The position numbers were made by a program, and so were the translations under genes. 64,000 nt of DNA from Octopus bimaculoides (taxonomy: Eukaryota), in contig NC_068984.1 in the NCBI RefSeq assembly GCF_001194135.2, positions 100,011,948 through 100,075,947 on the forward strand. Direction: 5' to 3'. The notes under the pieces are model-generated. The model made no database searches. It was not told the origin of the DNA and worked only from the letters and a program-made list of their open reading frames with translations. Of the stretch, positions 39,843 through 52,820 are shown piece after piece. How positions within the stretch are numbered: the stretch's first letter is position 1; each line of letters opens with the position of its first letter.

Positions 39843-40296
39843 GCAGACAGACAAACAAATAGATATGTGTGTGTGTATCTGCACATCTTTGCATTGACAC
39901 TGCTTAGGCTGTGGTAACATTTGTATACGTCCTACAGAAACTGTCCCACACCTCACCAGTTTGACAAGTGAAAACCAGAATTACCTTACTTACAAACAAG
40001 AGTTGACAAAAAAGAAGGGTGTCTGGCCATAGAATACTGCCTCCAAAAAAGTTCTCTCACATCCAAACCAACAAGAAAAAAAATAACCAGATGATGTTAC
40101 AACAAGCCTCCACACACATATACATACATGCACACAAACACACATACATCACAATGATGTGGATGAGTGTGTGTGTACAGGTTTGTTGTATGGTTAAGGT
40201 TTTGGAATTGCTGCCAATGTTTAAAAGGTCATTTTCAATTCATTATCTTACATATATCGTCATCTTTACTGTTTCAATGACTGTATTCCCTATCAT

Positions 40297-40685
40297 AGTG
40301 AAGGCGCAATGGCCCAGTGGTTAGGGCAGCGGACTCGCGATCATAGGATCGCGGTTTCGATTCCCAGACCGGGCGTTGTGAGTGTTTATTAAGCGAAAAC
40401 ACCTAAAAGCTCCACGAGGCTTGGCAGGGGATGGTGGCAAACCCTGCTGTACTCTTCCACCACAACTTTCTCTCACTCTTACTTTCTGTTTTTGTTGTGC
40501 CTGCAATTCAAAGGGTCAGCCTTGTCACACTGTGTCACGCTGAATATCCCCGAGAACTACGTTAAGGGTACACGTGTCTGTGGAGTGCTCAGCCACTTGC
40601 ACGTTAATTTCACGAGCAGGCTGTTCTGTTGATCGGATCAACTGGAACCCTCGACGTCGTAAGCGACGGAGTGCCAACAACAACA
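40297..40685 (+). mobile_element. Young tRNA-derived SINE family B with (AAC)n tail and 12-bp TSD
   Basis: A box TGGCCCAGTGG, B-box-like GGTTTCGATTCCC, CpG-rich; TSD ATTCCCTATCAT at 40285-40296 and 40686-40697. Confidence 0.92.
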
Positions 40686-41201
40686 ATTCCCTATCATGTC
40701 CTGATTTAGACACATCTGAAATTTGATCCTGGTCTTTTCTCTTCAGTGTGGTTTATCATTCCCCGAAACAAACCTCATTACTACATCTCTAAAAGTCTTC
40801 TCTGAATGTTCTGTCTTTACTACAGACCATCACCCTTATCAATTCTCAGCATCCATAGTTCATTCATGTTACATGTCTATTATAACAAGACAACTTTTCT
40901 CTCTCTCTCTCTCTCTCTCTCTGGTAGTAAATGATGCCTGCTCTCCCTCCTTTATCTCTTTCTCTCACTGTTGTCTCTCTTTCCCTCTCTCCTTATCTCT
41001 TTCTTTCCTGTTTCTCTTTCCATCTCTCCTCTCTCTCTTTTTCCCTATCTCTCTCTCTTTCTCAGTCCTCTTTCTCTCTCCCACCTCTCCCTCTTGAAGA
41101 TAGATGATACCTGCCTTCCCTCCTTCTTCATCTCATTCTATCACTCTCTCTGTATCTCTTTTCCTTTCCTCATTTCTTTTTCTCTATCCCTCCTACCATC
41201 C

Positions 41202-41250
<49 letters not shown>

Positions 41251-41260
41251 NNNNNNNNNN

Positions 41261-41306
<46 letters not shown>

Positions 41307-42297
41307 GGTTGTAAGTGTTACCTGCTCTTCCTTCTTCTCTACTGTTCTCTGTCATTCTGTTTGTCTCTCTTTTCTTATTTTCTCTATTCCCTCATCAATT
41401 CTTTCTATCCCCCCTCTCTCTCCCTCATCACTCTGTCTGACTGTCTCTGACTTTCCCTCCCCTCTCCCCCTCCTCCTCTTGCTTTCTTGAAAGTAGCAAA
41501 TGATGCAGGCTCTCCCACCTGTATCTTTCTCTCTGCCACCCTCTCTTTCTCTCTCTCACTGTTTCTCTTCTAAATCTACTTTGCTCATCCACTATACCAC
41601 ATACACCTCAGTTCCCTTCAGTTACTCGAGGTAAACTGTCTTCTGCTGATATAGAGAATACCAGAACCACTTTGAGATCACGGACATATAATAACAAAGA
41701 ACAAGGAGAGACAGAGTAAAAAGTGACCAGGCATTAACTGCTGGTTTCAGGGCAGAGAGAGAAAGAGCAAAACAGAGAAAATGAATAGTTTTGCTTGAAA
41801 CTTAATCAAAGTTCACTGTTAAATGCATTATAAATAATTCCATGAATGGAGCCATGTGATCTCATGTGGACCATTTCACCATTTCACCATTTCTCCATCT
41901 TACCATTTCTTTGTTTCTTTGATTTTCATTGAAAATCTTTGTTTCTGCAATGGATTCCTTTCTTTGTGAGAAGTTTGTAAAAACAACCACAATTGATGAA
42001 TGAAATGGATAATGATTTTGAAACAAAATACACCAACCATATAAATAATTATTATATCTTTTTTTTTATACTTGATTTGACTGCTGGTTAGTTTTGGGAG
42101 TAGGAGATTGTGGGGCTGGGGTGGATGAAATATTTTTTAGCTTATTTTTTATTGTCTCCTATTTCATTCATGTATTGATTTCTTACACTGATGGTTAGGC
42201 GAGTGTGATGAAGATGGTTGAAACTTTTCATTTGCATTGATTTCTATGTATTTTGGCACTTTCATGATAAGAAACAAAAGTTTCTATAATGAATAAA

Positions 42298-42790
42298 AGT
42301 CAAATTTGATCCAACTGAACTATGAGCCATAGTCAGCTTTGATTTAGCTGACTACTGAACCAACATACCTATGACCAAATGTCTCTCTAATCCACCAGAC
42401 CAATGGCCAAAAGTCAGTTCTGATGCATCATACATATGATGAACTGTCAGTTCTGAGACAGCAGATCAATGATCAAAGGTCAGTTTTGATCCAGCAGACC
42501 GGTGATCAAACGTCAGTTCTGTCCTGACAAACTAATAACTAAATATCAACCTTGATACTACAAAACAAGTATCAAAAGTCAGTTCTGACCCAGCAGATCT
42601 AAGATTAGTAGTCAGTTCTGATCAAAGAGATTGACAACCAAAGATCAGTTCTGATCACACTGATCTGTGGTCAAGTATAAGTCTGATCCAGTGGACTTAT
42701 GAACAGATGTTGACTCTGATCCAACTACTGGATCAGCTGATCTTTGATCAGAACTGATCAAAGGTCAGTTCTGATCCAGCAGATCTATGT
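42298..42790. repeat. Degenerate 33-nt minisatellite (consensus about GTCAGTTCTGATCCAGCAGATCAATGATCAAAG), roughly 14 units
   Basis: Unit starts at 42413, 42446, 42479, 42512, 42578, 42611 and 42644 (33-nt spacing). Confidence 0.85.
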
Positions 42791-43933
42791 TCAAAGACAG
42801 TCCACTCATGACTATCTTGTCATGTCTTTTTATTTTTGTCATCCCTTGAACTGAATTTCTTTTTAAAATGGTAGAATGTAATTTGAGAAAGATGTAGCTA
42901 CTAGTTCTACCAGGTTGAGTAATTGCATTGAAGCCTCCTCACTGGTTTGCATCACTTGGGTTGTATCAAATGATTACCCACCCAAATATGGATAAAACTT
43001 ATGGTCTTCAGTGATAGTGATAGTGCTGTTGTTGTTGCTTCAGTTTTAGCTCAGCCTGGATCAAGAAAACCCATGATAAAGACATTTCAGCCATAACCAT
43101 CTTATCTGCTTCTATGGCATAGTGCATCCAGAACTACATTAGTCGATGTGTCTCTCTTTTCCAAGCTAGTTATCTATGATTTGAGGTAGGTTAAGCAAAT
43201 ACATAGTTACCTTCTTTGAGTTAAGAGGAGACAAAACCAAGTGTTGTAATGTAATATGATGGCAATAAGCTTCAACTTATTCTTCTTATCAACTCCACAT
43301 TCAGTTCAGTTTTGTTTAATCCTAATTGAACATATTTCTCTGCACTTCCAATGCACATTGCAAGATGCAGCAAAAAGGCATGGTTCTTGCATTACAGAAC
43401 ATTTTAACATGTGTTCCAAATGTGTTAGTACAGTGATACATGGTTTAGTTCGAAGAGCAAGTGTTTAAGTTTTCATTACCATTTAACAGTAATTCTTTTA
43501 ACTTATTCTGCTAATGCAATTAAGAAAAGCATAAATATAACACAATCTCATACTTCCTCCATCTAAACTGAAGCCCTAAATGTTAAATCAATCATTCTTT
43601 TGATAAAAATGATGGTTAACTTAATAAAATGTTAAGCTATCTAGGATATCTCTAAAATCTATTGTTTAACATCCCTTGAAATATTTTTAGAAAAATGAAT
43701 AGCGGGCACTTATCTTTAGTAGTTACAGTAATCCAGAATTTGTGGGGTTTCCTGAATGATTCTCAGTGGAAGTTTCCCTATTAGGATCGATTTCCTTATA
43801 GATATTTTTCCTTGCCTGTTTTCCAAGTTCAATGTAAAATTTCTACCAATTTCAATTTGTCTTTGTAAAGCTTCCCAGTCATTACCCTTGTAGCAACAAA
43901 AGAAATGGTTATCACCATCATCATCATCATCAG

Positions 43934-43959
<26 letters not shown>

Positions 43960-43966
<7 letters not shown>

Positions 43967-44600
43967 GTGGATTAGTAGAATTACTAGAATGCTGGATGAA
44001 TTTTCTTTTTGTGGTAATATAGTTATATATTATGTTCTGAGTTGAAATCCTACTGGGGTTAACTTGTCTGTTCATCCTTTAGGGTTTATAAAATAAAGTG
44101 CCAGTCAAATAGTGGAGTCAATTTAATTCACTGTTCTCCTCCTCTCCAATTTTTGGCCTATGTTACAAATAATTATGGAAATGGAATGGCAGTATCATTA
44201 GAACACCTGAAAGTATACCTTGCAATATTTGTTTGGCTCTTTACATTCTAAGTTCAATACCCACTGAGATCATCCTTCCAATGTCAACAAAATAAAGTAC
44301 CAGTGAAACTTTTGTATTAGACTAAATGCTTAGAAGCTTTTTGTCCATCTTTATATTCTGAATTCAAATTCTGCTGAGGTTAACTTTGCTTGTCATCCTT
44401 TTGGGGTTGATAAAATAAGTACCAGTTGAGTGCTGAGCACACAAAAATTTCAACCCTTGTGCCTATAGTAGAAAGGATTATTATTATTATTATTAAGGTG
44501 GTGAGCAGGCAGAATTGTTAGCATGCTGGACAAAATGCTGAGTGGCATTTCATCTGCCTTTACGTTCTGAGTTCAAGTTCCACTGAGGTCGACTTTGATA
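43960..44600 (+). mobile_element. Head-to-tail cluster of about four SINE family A copies of different ages
   Basis: Repeated GTTCAAAT/GTTGAAAT B-box plus AAATAA(A)GTACCAG cores, all sense. Confidence 0.75.
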
Positions 44601-45530
44601 GATTTGGGGCGGATTTCTACTGCATCACCTGTTACACCGCCCTGTTGTTGAGGTGTGTACAACATTGTGTGTGCTTTTTTGTTGTTGGGGGAGTACAAAC
44701 TCATCCCAGTATTGTGTTGTGTTTGTTTGTTTTGTTATGGGATTTGGTTGCAGTCTTTTGTTACATTTGTGTTTGTGTTGTGTATGTAATGTGAGTTGTT
44801 TCCTTCTGTTGGTTATCTGGCCTGTAGAGTACATGTTGTGGGAGTTGTTTATTTTAGTGGATATATACTGTATAGATTGTGGATTATTTTATTTCAGTTG
44901 TATTATTATTATTATTATTATTATTATCATTATTATTATTATTATTATTATTACTACTACTACTACTATCATTCTGAAAATTCTTTTGTATGGCCAACAG
45001 GTAGGAGGATTCTGTGATAAAGGAAGACTCAGTCTTAAGCATAAAGATAGTTGAAACAATCACTGAAATCCCTACAGCTTAATTTAATCTTGGGAAAGTT
45101 ATTGCTTAGGTCGATCTGAGTGGTGTAAAATGTGTCATGGTGCATCAAAACGATTTCAGTTGAAGAAACAGAACAATAAAAGAGTTGCATCCTCCATTGA
45201 ACAGACACATTACAGGCAAAATGAAAATCATCGTTGTCCCCATTGTGACTTTATAGCAAAATCCATACTTGGATTCAAACTGCATTCATGCATCCGTTGC
45301 AAATAGATGCAGCTTCTTTTATCTTTAATCCTTCTTTTCTTTTGCTAAATCCTTCTTTTCTTTTTTTAAATCCTTTCCTCCAAACACTCATACCTTGAAA
45401 TCAACAGGAGTGACCATCATCATCATCATCATCATCATCATCGTCATCATCGTCATCATCATCATCATCGTCATCATCATCATTATTATTGTTGTTGCAA
45501 TCATTTTAACCATGTCATTTCTACTTGCAG

Positions 45531-45759
45531 GAACCCTCTGAAAGTATGTTTCATGCCAAGGAAATTCTTCGAACTGTGATAATGATTCAGGCACCACATA
45601 TCATTCGAGATCGGAAGTACCATTTGCGTACATACCGCCAATGTATGGTTGGTACCGAGATGGTGGACTGGTTGATGCAGTACAGTGCTTTAGTATTAAC
45701 CCGTGTTCAGGCAGTTGGTATGTGGCAGGTCCTACTTGAAGAAGGGGTCATTGCACATG
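45531..45759 (+). CDS. RAPGEF4: Epac (RAPGEF4/Epac2-like cAMP-regulated Rap GEF) internal exon encoding most of the DEP domain
   Basis: [50 protein letters not shown]...RVQAVGMWQVLLEEGVIAH closely matches the Epac DEP motif [23 protein letters not shown]...QAVGMWQVLLE. Acceptor TTTCTACTTGCAG (phase 0) with branch-like TTTAAC; donor G|GTGAGG (phase 1). Confidence 0.95.
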
Positions 45760-46943
45760 GTGAGGAGTTGGTTTTGTTATTTTATTATTCAACTTCATTT
45801 AAAAAATGATCCCATTGTATAAATTGTTGTTGAACCCTTGATGATTCCGTCTTATTTCAAGACATTGTATATCTAGGACTATATTTTCCAGTGTGTCCTT
45901 CCCTTTTTAAGACAGTGGAATATGATTTGAGATATTGCTGCTATTTCTATCAGACTGAGTGATAAAGCAGCAGTTCTCTTCTTGGCTTATATTACGTGTG
46001 AGTATATTGCCATTAAAGCAATTAAGGTTTTCCATTTGGAAAGTGTATATTCTAATATTCATCTCCTGGTTTCAGTCAGTGAACTGTGGCCATGCTGGGG
46101 CACTGCCTTCAGGGATGTAGTCAGTTATATTAACTCTAGGACTTATCTTATTAATTTTCGAAGGATGAAAGGCAAAGCTGACTTAGACAAAATCTGTCAA
46201 TCCTCCACTGTATTTATGTAAATTTGTTCAAACCAGACAGAGTTGCGTTACAAATGTGTTTATATGTGAATATATTATAATAAATCAGTTGCCTTAAGCA
46301 ATTACTCATGAAAATATATTATAATTAATTGTGGTCACATTGCAATGGCTGTGTTTATGCATGAATATGTTATTTTTTTGTGTGGTTACAAAATTTGACA
46401 TGAGAAGTGTATGACATGTGGTATCATGAGCAAATGGCTTCATCTATAGAAGATCAATCTTTAGTGATAGTTTTTTTGAGGTTTTTTTTTTTTTTGCGAT
46501 AGCTCTAGAGCTTATGATCCTTGCAAGCCTTCCTATACTAATGAGACTGACACCATTAATGTTTTACGTGAACCTTTGTAAGTCAGCAACAGGAAAGATG
46601 TAAGCAGAGAGGAAGTTCCAGAGGAACAAAATTCTGGGAAGGAGGGAAGAGCATAGTGATTAGTGTAGGACCTGGGAGTGTTGGATACAACACGAATTGT
46701 GAGAGGAGGAAAGACAAATCAGATGGGAGTGCCAGAGTGGAAATGGCATGGTCCCTGCCAGCTCTAATGAGCAAAAGCCATTATAGAAACTACAGAAAAT
46801 GCAGAAAGAGGAGGTAGAATAGCTATGAACCAGAGTCTGTGCATGTTTATGAGTGACTTTATGCTAACCAGTCAGCCAGGCTTTACTGGATGCAATCTAG
46901 TAGATGCACAAGCCCATTATATATATTTATATATATATATATT

Positions 46944-47287
46944 ACGGAGATGTACTTGCATAGCAAGTGACCTGATCTGAGATTGTGTGCTGGAACGAAA
47001 ACAATTGCAGTGTGGAAGGTGTTTATAAGCCATTTAAGAAACACACAAAAACCATTAGATTCACTTCAACATTTAAATTTAATTTGCCAAAATATTTTTG
47101 TCACTTTGAGACCGCGACCTGTTCACTGAAAAAATTTCGTGCTGCACAGAATTTTGTCACTGATCCGATCACGGTCTCAAAGCGACGAAAATATTTTGGC
47201 AAATTAAATTTAAATATTGAAGTGAATCTAACGGTTTTTGTGTGTTTCTTAAATGGCTTATAAATACCTTCCACACTGCAATTGTTT
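46944..47287. mobile_element. Foldback/MITE-like element with 116-bp inverted arms, inserted in (TA)n
   Basis: Arms 46999-47114 and 47172-47287 differ at 5 positions; about 55 extra nt on the left; TA repeats on both sides. Confidence 0.8.
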
Positions 47288-47850
47288 ATATATATATGTA
47301 TATATATATAAACAGTTTGATTTGGTTCTGTGTGACTTAAAGTTTCATGGGCCTATAACAGAAGCTTGTCTCTTTCAAGCTTTTGATTATCTGCTTTGAT
47401 AATCTAAAGCTTGAAAGAGATGATTTATGTTAGAGGCCTGTAAAGCATTAAGTTGCATGGAGCTATATCAAACTGTTATAATGATGCATGTAACTCCTAC
47501 TAAACATGTTGAGTGCTCTTTCCTTTCATTTGTCCACTCACTCATGTATACACACACACACACAGACACACACACGTAGGAAGATTATTGGATTTCATGC
47601 TTATGGAAATTCTAAAGTACGACCACTAATTTTGGGATATGATATGTAATTTCACCTTTATGAAAACTTCGATAAATTTTACTAATTTAAGAACTATGCT
47701 TTTCCTTTTTTGCCAAAAGCCCACTTTTTGTTGTTTTAGTGAAGATCAAAGTAAAGTTAACAATTTGAAAATTTGTAGTTTCAATACATTCAAATATATA
47801 TGTATATATATATTTATATATGTATGTTTGTGTGTACGTATGTGTGTTTG

Positions 47851-47852
<2 letters not shown>

Positions 47853-47941
<89 letters not shown>
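47853..47941. repeat. (TG)n microsatellite
   Basis: Pure dinucleotide run; source of the CV/HT repeat ORFs. Confidence 0.95.
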
Positions 47942-47943
<2 letters not shown>

Positions 47944-48619
47944 CAGAGCACACAAGTGTTTGTGTATGCATGACTATGAACAGTTATAGAATGTAAGTTG
48001 AAATTTTATACTGAGAATACTTGTGTGTATTTTCTTGTGTCAGAATGAGTATCTGTTTATATCTATCTTTTATTTATATAACTCTATGTATCTAGCTATC
48101 TAAATGCACACACACACATGCTATTTATCATTAACACCTGTTCTACAAGCTTCATCACCAAACCAATACAACCATGCCCATTACCAAACCACAAACTCCT
48201 TCATGAACAATGATCACTGCCGCCATCAACAATACCCCAACTATCACCAACACCAAAATTAATACAATCAATCTCACCATCACAACCACTCAACTTTTTG
48301 AATAACCAGCTGGCAACAACAATGATAGACCAACCAGTATGATAGTAATGTCTGTAGCTACATGTGTTGTATGGCAGCACCACAGGGTGTGTGCGTAGTG
48401 TGTGGAGGTTTATGGCTCAGATTAGAGGTGAAATGGGTGAAGCAACCATGAGTCTAGCAACCCTTAAACTAACTATTATCATACAGTATTTCCTCCGACA
48501 TCATTCTTTTACCCTTTTATCTTCTTTTCATTCTTACATCCATATGAAAAGGCAACAATATTTTGCTCTTATGGAACTACTTTACTGGTGCTATTTTTTT
48601 TAACTACATATTTGTTGTG

Positions 48620-49090
48620 AATAGTTTTTGATCAATAAGAGATGCTGTAGATAATGGAGCTGAGTGATAGGATGAAGTGAAACCTTCAATTTTGAACAAT
48701 ATTTGGCAAAATATATGGCCAGTTTGTATCCAAGACTTTACAAATTTTCCACAAGTAGAGAGCCGATATCAAATTAAGAAAGATATTATAGCACTTGTAA
48801 AGGATATAGGTTTTGAAAAAGTCATAAAGTATGATTTGGTTGAATTGTTAGAATCCCACAGAGAAAGTTTATCCAACAAGGAGTTGATGCTACTAGAAAA
48901 AAAAAAAAAAACTGAGAATAGAGAAATTCTGTCAACTCCACTTAAACTGACTACAGAGAATATTGTTGAAGGGTTAGGTCTTAAACAGGAAGGTCTACAA
49001 CATTTTGTTTATAATGAACCTAATCATGAACATAACATAAAATTTACAAGAGGTGAACTCAGTCCCTACACTGAGCTGTACGAATAGATG
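48620..49090 (+). mobile_element. pogo/Tigger-like transposase C-terminal remnant
   Basis: KPSILNNIWQNIWPVCIQDFTNF...IIALVKDIGFEKV...DLVELLESHRESLSNKELMLLE resembles the Tigger C-terminal W..(L/I)WP...DF...GF...EELL.SH.EEL motif; stops lie immediately upstream. Confidence 0.75.
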
Positions 49091-51793
49091 ACACACTATA
49101 AACATTAAACACCTTCGATAAATTCTTCACCCATAAGTAGATTTTGATGATGAATTATAAGATAGAAGACACTGTCATTCCTCCTTCCTGTAATACTCAT
49201 TTCACCAATATCTTTTACTCAGTAATCAACATCTTTTGTAGAAAGAACATACCTGACTCTGATAATATAATTCTTATTTATTCCTTAAGCTTTTGCTCTT
49301 TAAATGTTTGACATGTCAAACTAAGTGAAATCATGGCCAGTGCCGGTGACATATAAAAGGACCCATGCCAGTGACATGTAAAAGACACCCAGTACACTCT
49401 GTAGAGTGATTGGTGTTAGGAAGAATATCCAGTCATAAAAAACAAGCCAAGACAGACTGGAGCCTGGTGCAGCTTTCTGGCTTACCAGTTCCAGTTAAAT
49501 CATCTAATGCATGCCAGCATGGAAAATGAACATTAAATGATGATGATGATGTATACTTATTATACTGTATTTGTTTAGAAATTATTTTTATACATAAAAT
49601 TGCTTCTGTTGCTTGTTTTGTATTATTCACCTGATGTTATACCAGAAAACACTTGCCCAAAGTACAACTCTGTGGAATTGAACCCAGAAACTGGAGTTAT
49701 GTGGTCAGGAAGCAAACTTCTTACCACACAGCCATGCCTGAAATATGTAAACACTAACAAAGAAAAATGAAAAAGAATCACAAACAGATGCTTTCAAACA
49801 TAATACTTTGAGTTTTTTACTTTCACCATTATAAATGCAATGACCCCCATGATTGGTCTGTTGACATTCTATTAGCAATGGTGTTATTGTTCACAAAATT
49901 TGATATGAAATATTATTTTTTTATAAAACATACATAAAGGAAGTTTTTAGGTAAATTTATTATAATTAACAGTGGCCACATTACAAAGGTTGTGTTTATT
50001 TGTGAATATATTTCTATAAGAGACTTTGAATAACTAAATGTCTGGGGTTAGATATTGTTAATGAAATTAAATATCTTTCTCACTGTTAACCTCATCTTAA
50101 CAGGCAAGCCATTTTCCCAATATTTATATAAATATTGAAAACATTTCTCTAAAGATGAAATTAATAGGCTGAAAAATTATCATCTTAAGAATGGCTTTTT
50201 GTACATCAAATATGTAAATTTATTATAATTTAATGGGATTTCAATGCACATAGTGTTACTGCTGTTGCTTCATCTGCTTCCATTATAATATTGTACCACC
50301 TAATCTCAGCCACTCCCTACACATTCTTCTCTACCCCTTTTCTCACCTATTTGGTTTCCATTGCTCAGACCTTTAGTTCTGCCTTTCCCAAAATGTCATA
50401 CCTCTGGAATTCACTCTCAGCACCACCACCCCTCCCTGTTTTTTCTACAACCATCTACTTACAGTGACGAACACCAACTGTGTTCATATCACTGGTTTTG
50501 GGCACCAGTGAAGACCAAGAATGCAGTCCTTTCTTCTAGAATAAACCTTTAACCTTTTAGCATTCAGGTTACTCTGTCAACTGCAATGCTCATTTTTTCA
50601 CATTCATCATCATCATCATCGTCATCCTTTAACATCCATTTTTCATGCTGGCATGGATTGGATGGTTTGACCAGGGCTGGCAAGCTGCAAAGCTACACCA
50701 AGTTCCAGTGTGATTTAGCTTGGTTTCCACAGCTGGATGCCCTTTCTAATGCCAACCACTTTACAGTGTGCCAAGCACTTTTACATGGCATCAGCTCAGG
50801 ACTCTTGCAGGCCAATCCTCTTCACCAGGGGTGGTAGCCTTGCTTTGTATTACCATGCATTATCTCAAAGCTTCAGGATTATGATGATGTGATTATTTAT
50901 TTTTAGAATGGCATTGTTGGGTAGATGTGAGAGACCAGATCTGGATGGCTTGAACATAAAACAAGTAGAATATTTGAGTCCGATATGACCAGTTTAAATG
51001 CTAAAGGGTTAAATATTGTCTTGTGATTAAAAATGCTCCAGTATGGTCATCCTGTTATTTTGTGTATCAAAGACCACATTATTCATTGTGTCCTTATTTC
51101 TCAAGATGATAGGATATGGTTTAGCTGATACTTCTAGCTGGTTGTGCAAGCACATTATTTTCTTGTTATATTTATGTGTCAGTATGTTATGATAAAATGT
51201 TTGAATGTTTATTGTTTTGTATTTAGTTATTACCTTGCAAATCTTTTATGATAAAAGATCACATTACAAATTCTATGTTAATATATGAATGTATTAGTAT
51301 TAGAATATTTGTTATAATTATTTGAACTGGAAGGGGTACATTGCAAAATATGTCAATATCTGTGTGCAGGTTTGGTTGGTTTGCTTTGTGTCTGCTTGGC
51401 TTGGGAGTCAGTCTCATTGTACATAACCTTGAGCAAGTGACTTCTACAATGGTATCTGATTGATCAAAGCCTGTAACTGAAATTTGGGTGTGTGGAAGCC
51501 AAGTGGAGGGACCATTCTTGTTCTTGGATGGTAGGCCCAACTTGTTACCCACTTTAAAACCACTTGGTTCCGGTTGTCTTTGGCAGAATCCACTCTGTTG
51601 AAACGACTTGGACCAAGTCCCTAGTTTGAAAATGACCTCCACATAGCTTTCCATTAGTCTTGGCGTCCTTAAAAATGACTATGTACTTTGCTCTCCCTTC
51701 TCTTTCCTCTTACTAGTTCTTCGGTTCTTTCATTTGTTTTAGCCATCAGGGTTAATTAAACCATTATTTGATATCATCATCATCATAATAAAA

Positions 51794-51830
<37 letters not shown>

Positions 51831-51832
<2 letters not shown>

Positions 51833-52080
51833 TATAGGACTGAGGTAACTCCTCCAGAAGATATAGAAGCAAAAGTAGAAGAGTGCCATTGTTATCAAGT
51901 GAACGATAACACTGGCACTCTTCTTGATAGCAATGTCACTCTTCTATTTTTGCTTCTATATCTTCTGGAGGAATTACCTCAGTCCTATATATATTAACCA
52001 AATTTAATTTTTGAACTTGTGGAAGACACACGAGATGTAGAAATATTCACTTGATAACAATGGCACTCTTCTATTTTTGC
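51831..52080. repeat. Foldback element with 69-bp inverted arms plus an extra partial arm, embedded in (TAA)n
   Basis: Arms 51831-51899 and 51923-51991 (4 mismatches); 52048-52080 is another reverse-complement copy of part of the left arm. Confidence 0.85.
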
Positions 52081-52133
<53 letters not shown>

Positions 52134-52779
52134 TCTATTTTTCCATTCATGCCTGGGTCGAACAAAATTCATTGAGACAGATTTACTATTGCTGGATGCT
52201 CTTCCTGTTGCTAAACCTCATGTATTCTGAAGCAAAGTAATATTTTAACTTGTCCTTCAAACATAAAATAGCATTAATGGCTGAACATTTTTCATGAAAG
52301 ATGGCAAATAAACAATAACAGTTGTTTACAATTAGAACAGGGTATCAAAGCAAGGAGATAAACGCACACACTCATACACACATATGCACATGTGTGCGCA
52401 TGCATACACACAAATGTGTGCAGGCACATCATCAGCATTATTATTGCTTTATCATCCACTTTTTCAATGCTTGCACAGGCTAGATGAAGTTTATTGAAGC
52501 AGATTTTCTATGCCAGGATGTGTTTCCTGTTGCCAAACCTCACCTGTTTCCAGGCAAGGTAATATTTCTTCATGGCCAGACATGTTTCACAGAATATTGG
52601 AAATGAATGACATTGCTTATATGACAATGACAGTCATTTACAATTATCATGGGATGTCACAACCAGATGACATAAACAGAGAAGACACTTGCCCAAGGTA
52701 GAGCCTAGTGGGATTGATCCAGAAAAAAAAATGTTTGAGAAACAAACTTTTTAACCATACAGCTATGCCTGTGATATAA

Positions 52780-52820
<41 letters not shown>

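Noticed and set aside
40301-40375. tRNA-like sequences (also at 3163, 16745, 62265 and 62944)
   Set aside because: They run into SINE bodies and lack a complete cloverleaf/acceptor stem; these are SINE heads, not tRNA genes.
42413-42790. 33-nt repeat as an 11-aa coding repeat (SVLIQQINDQR)
   Set aside because: The actual units contain multiple in-frame stops, and no flanking splice sites were found.
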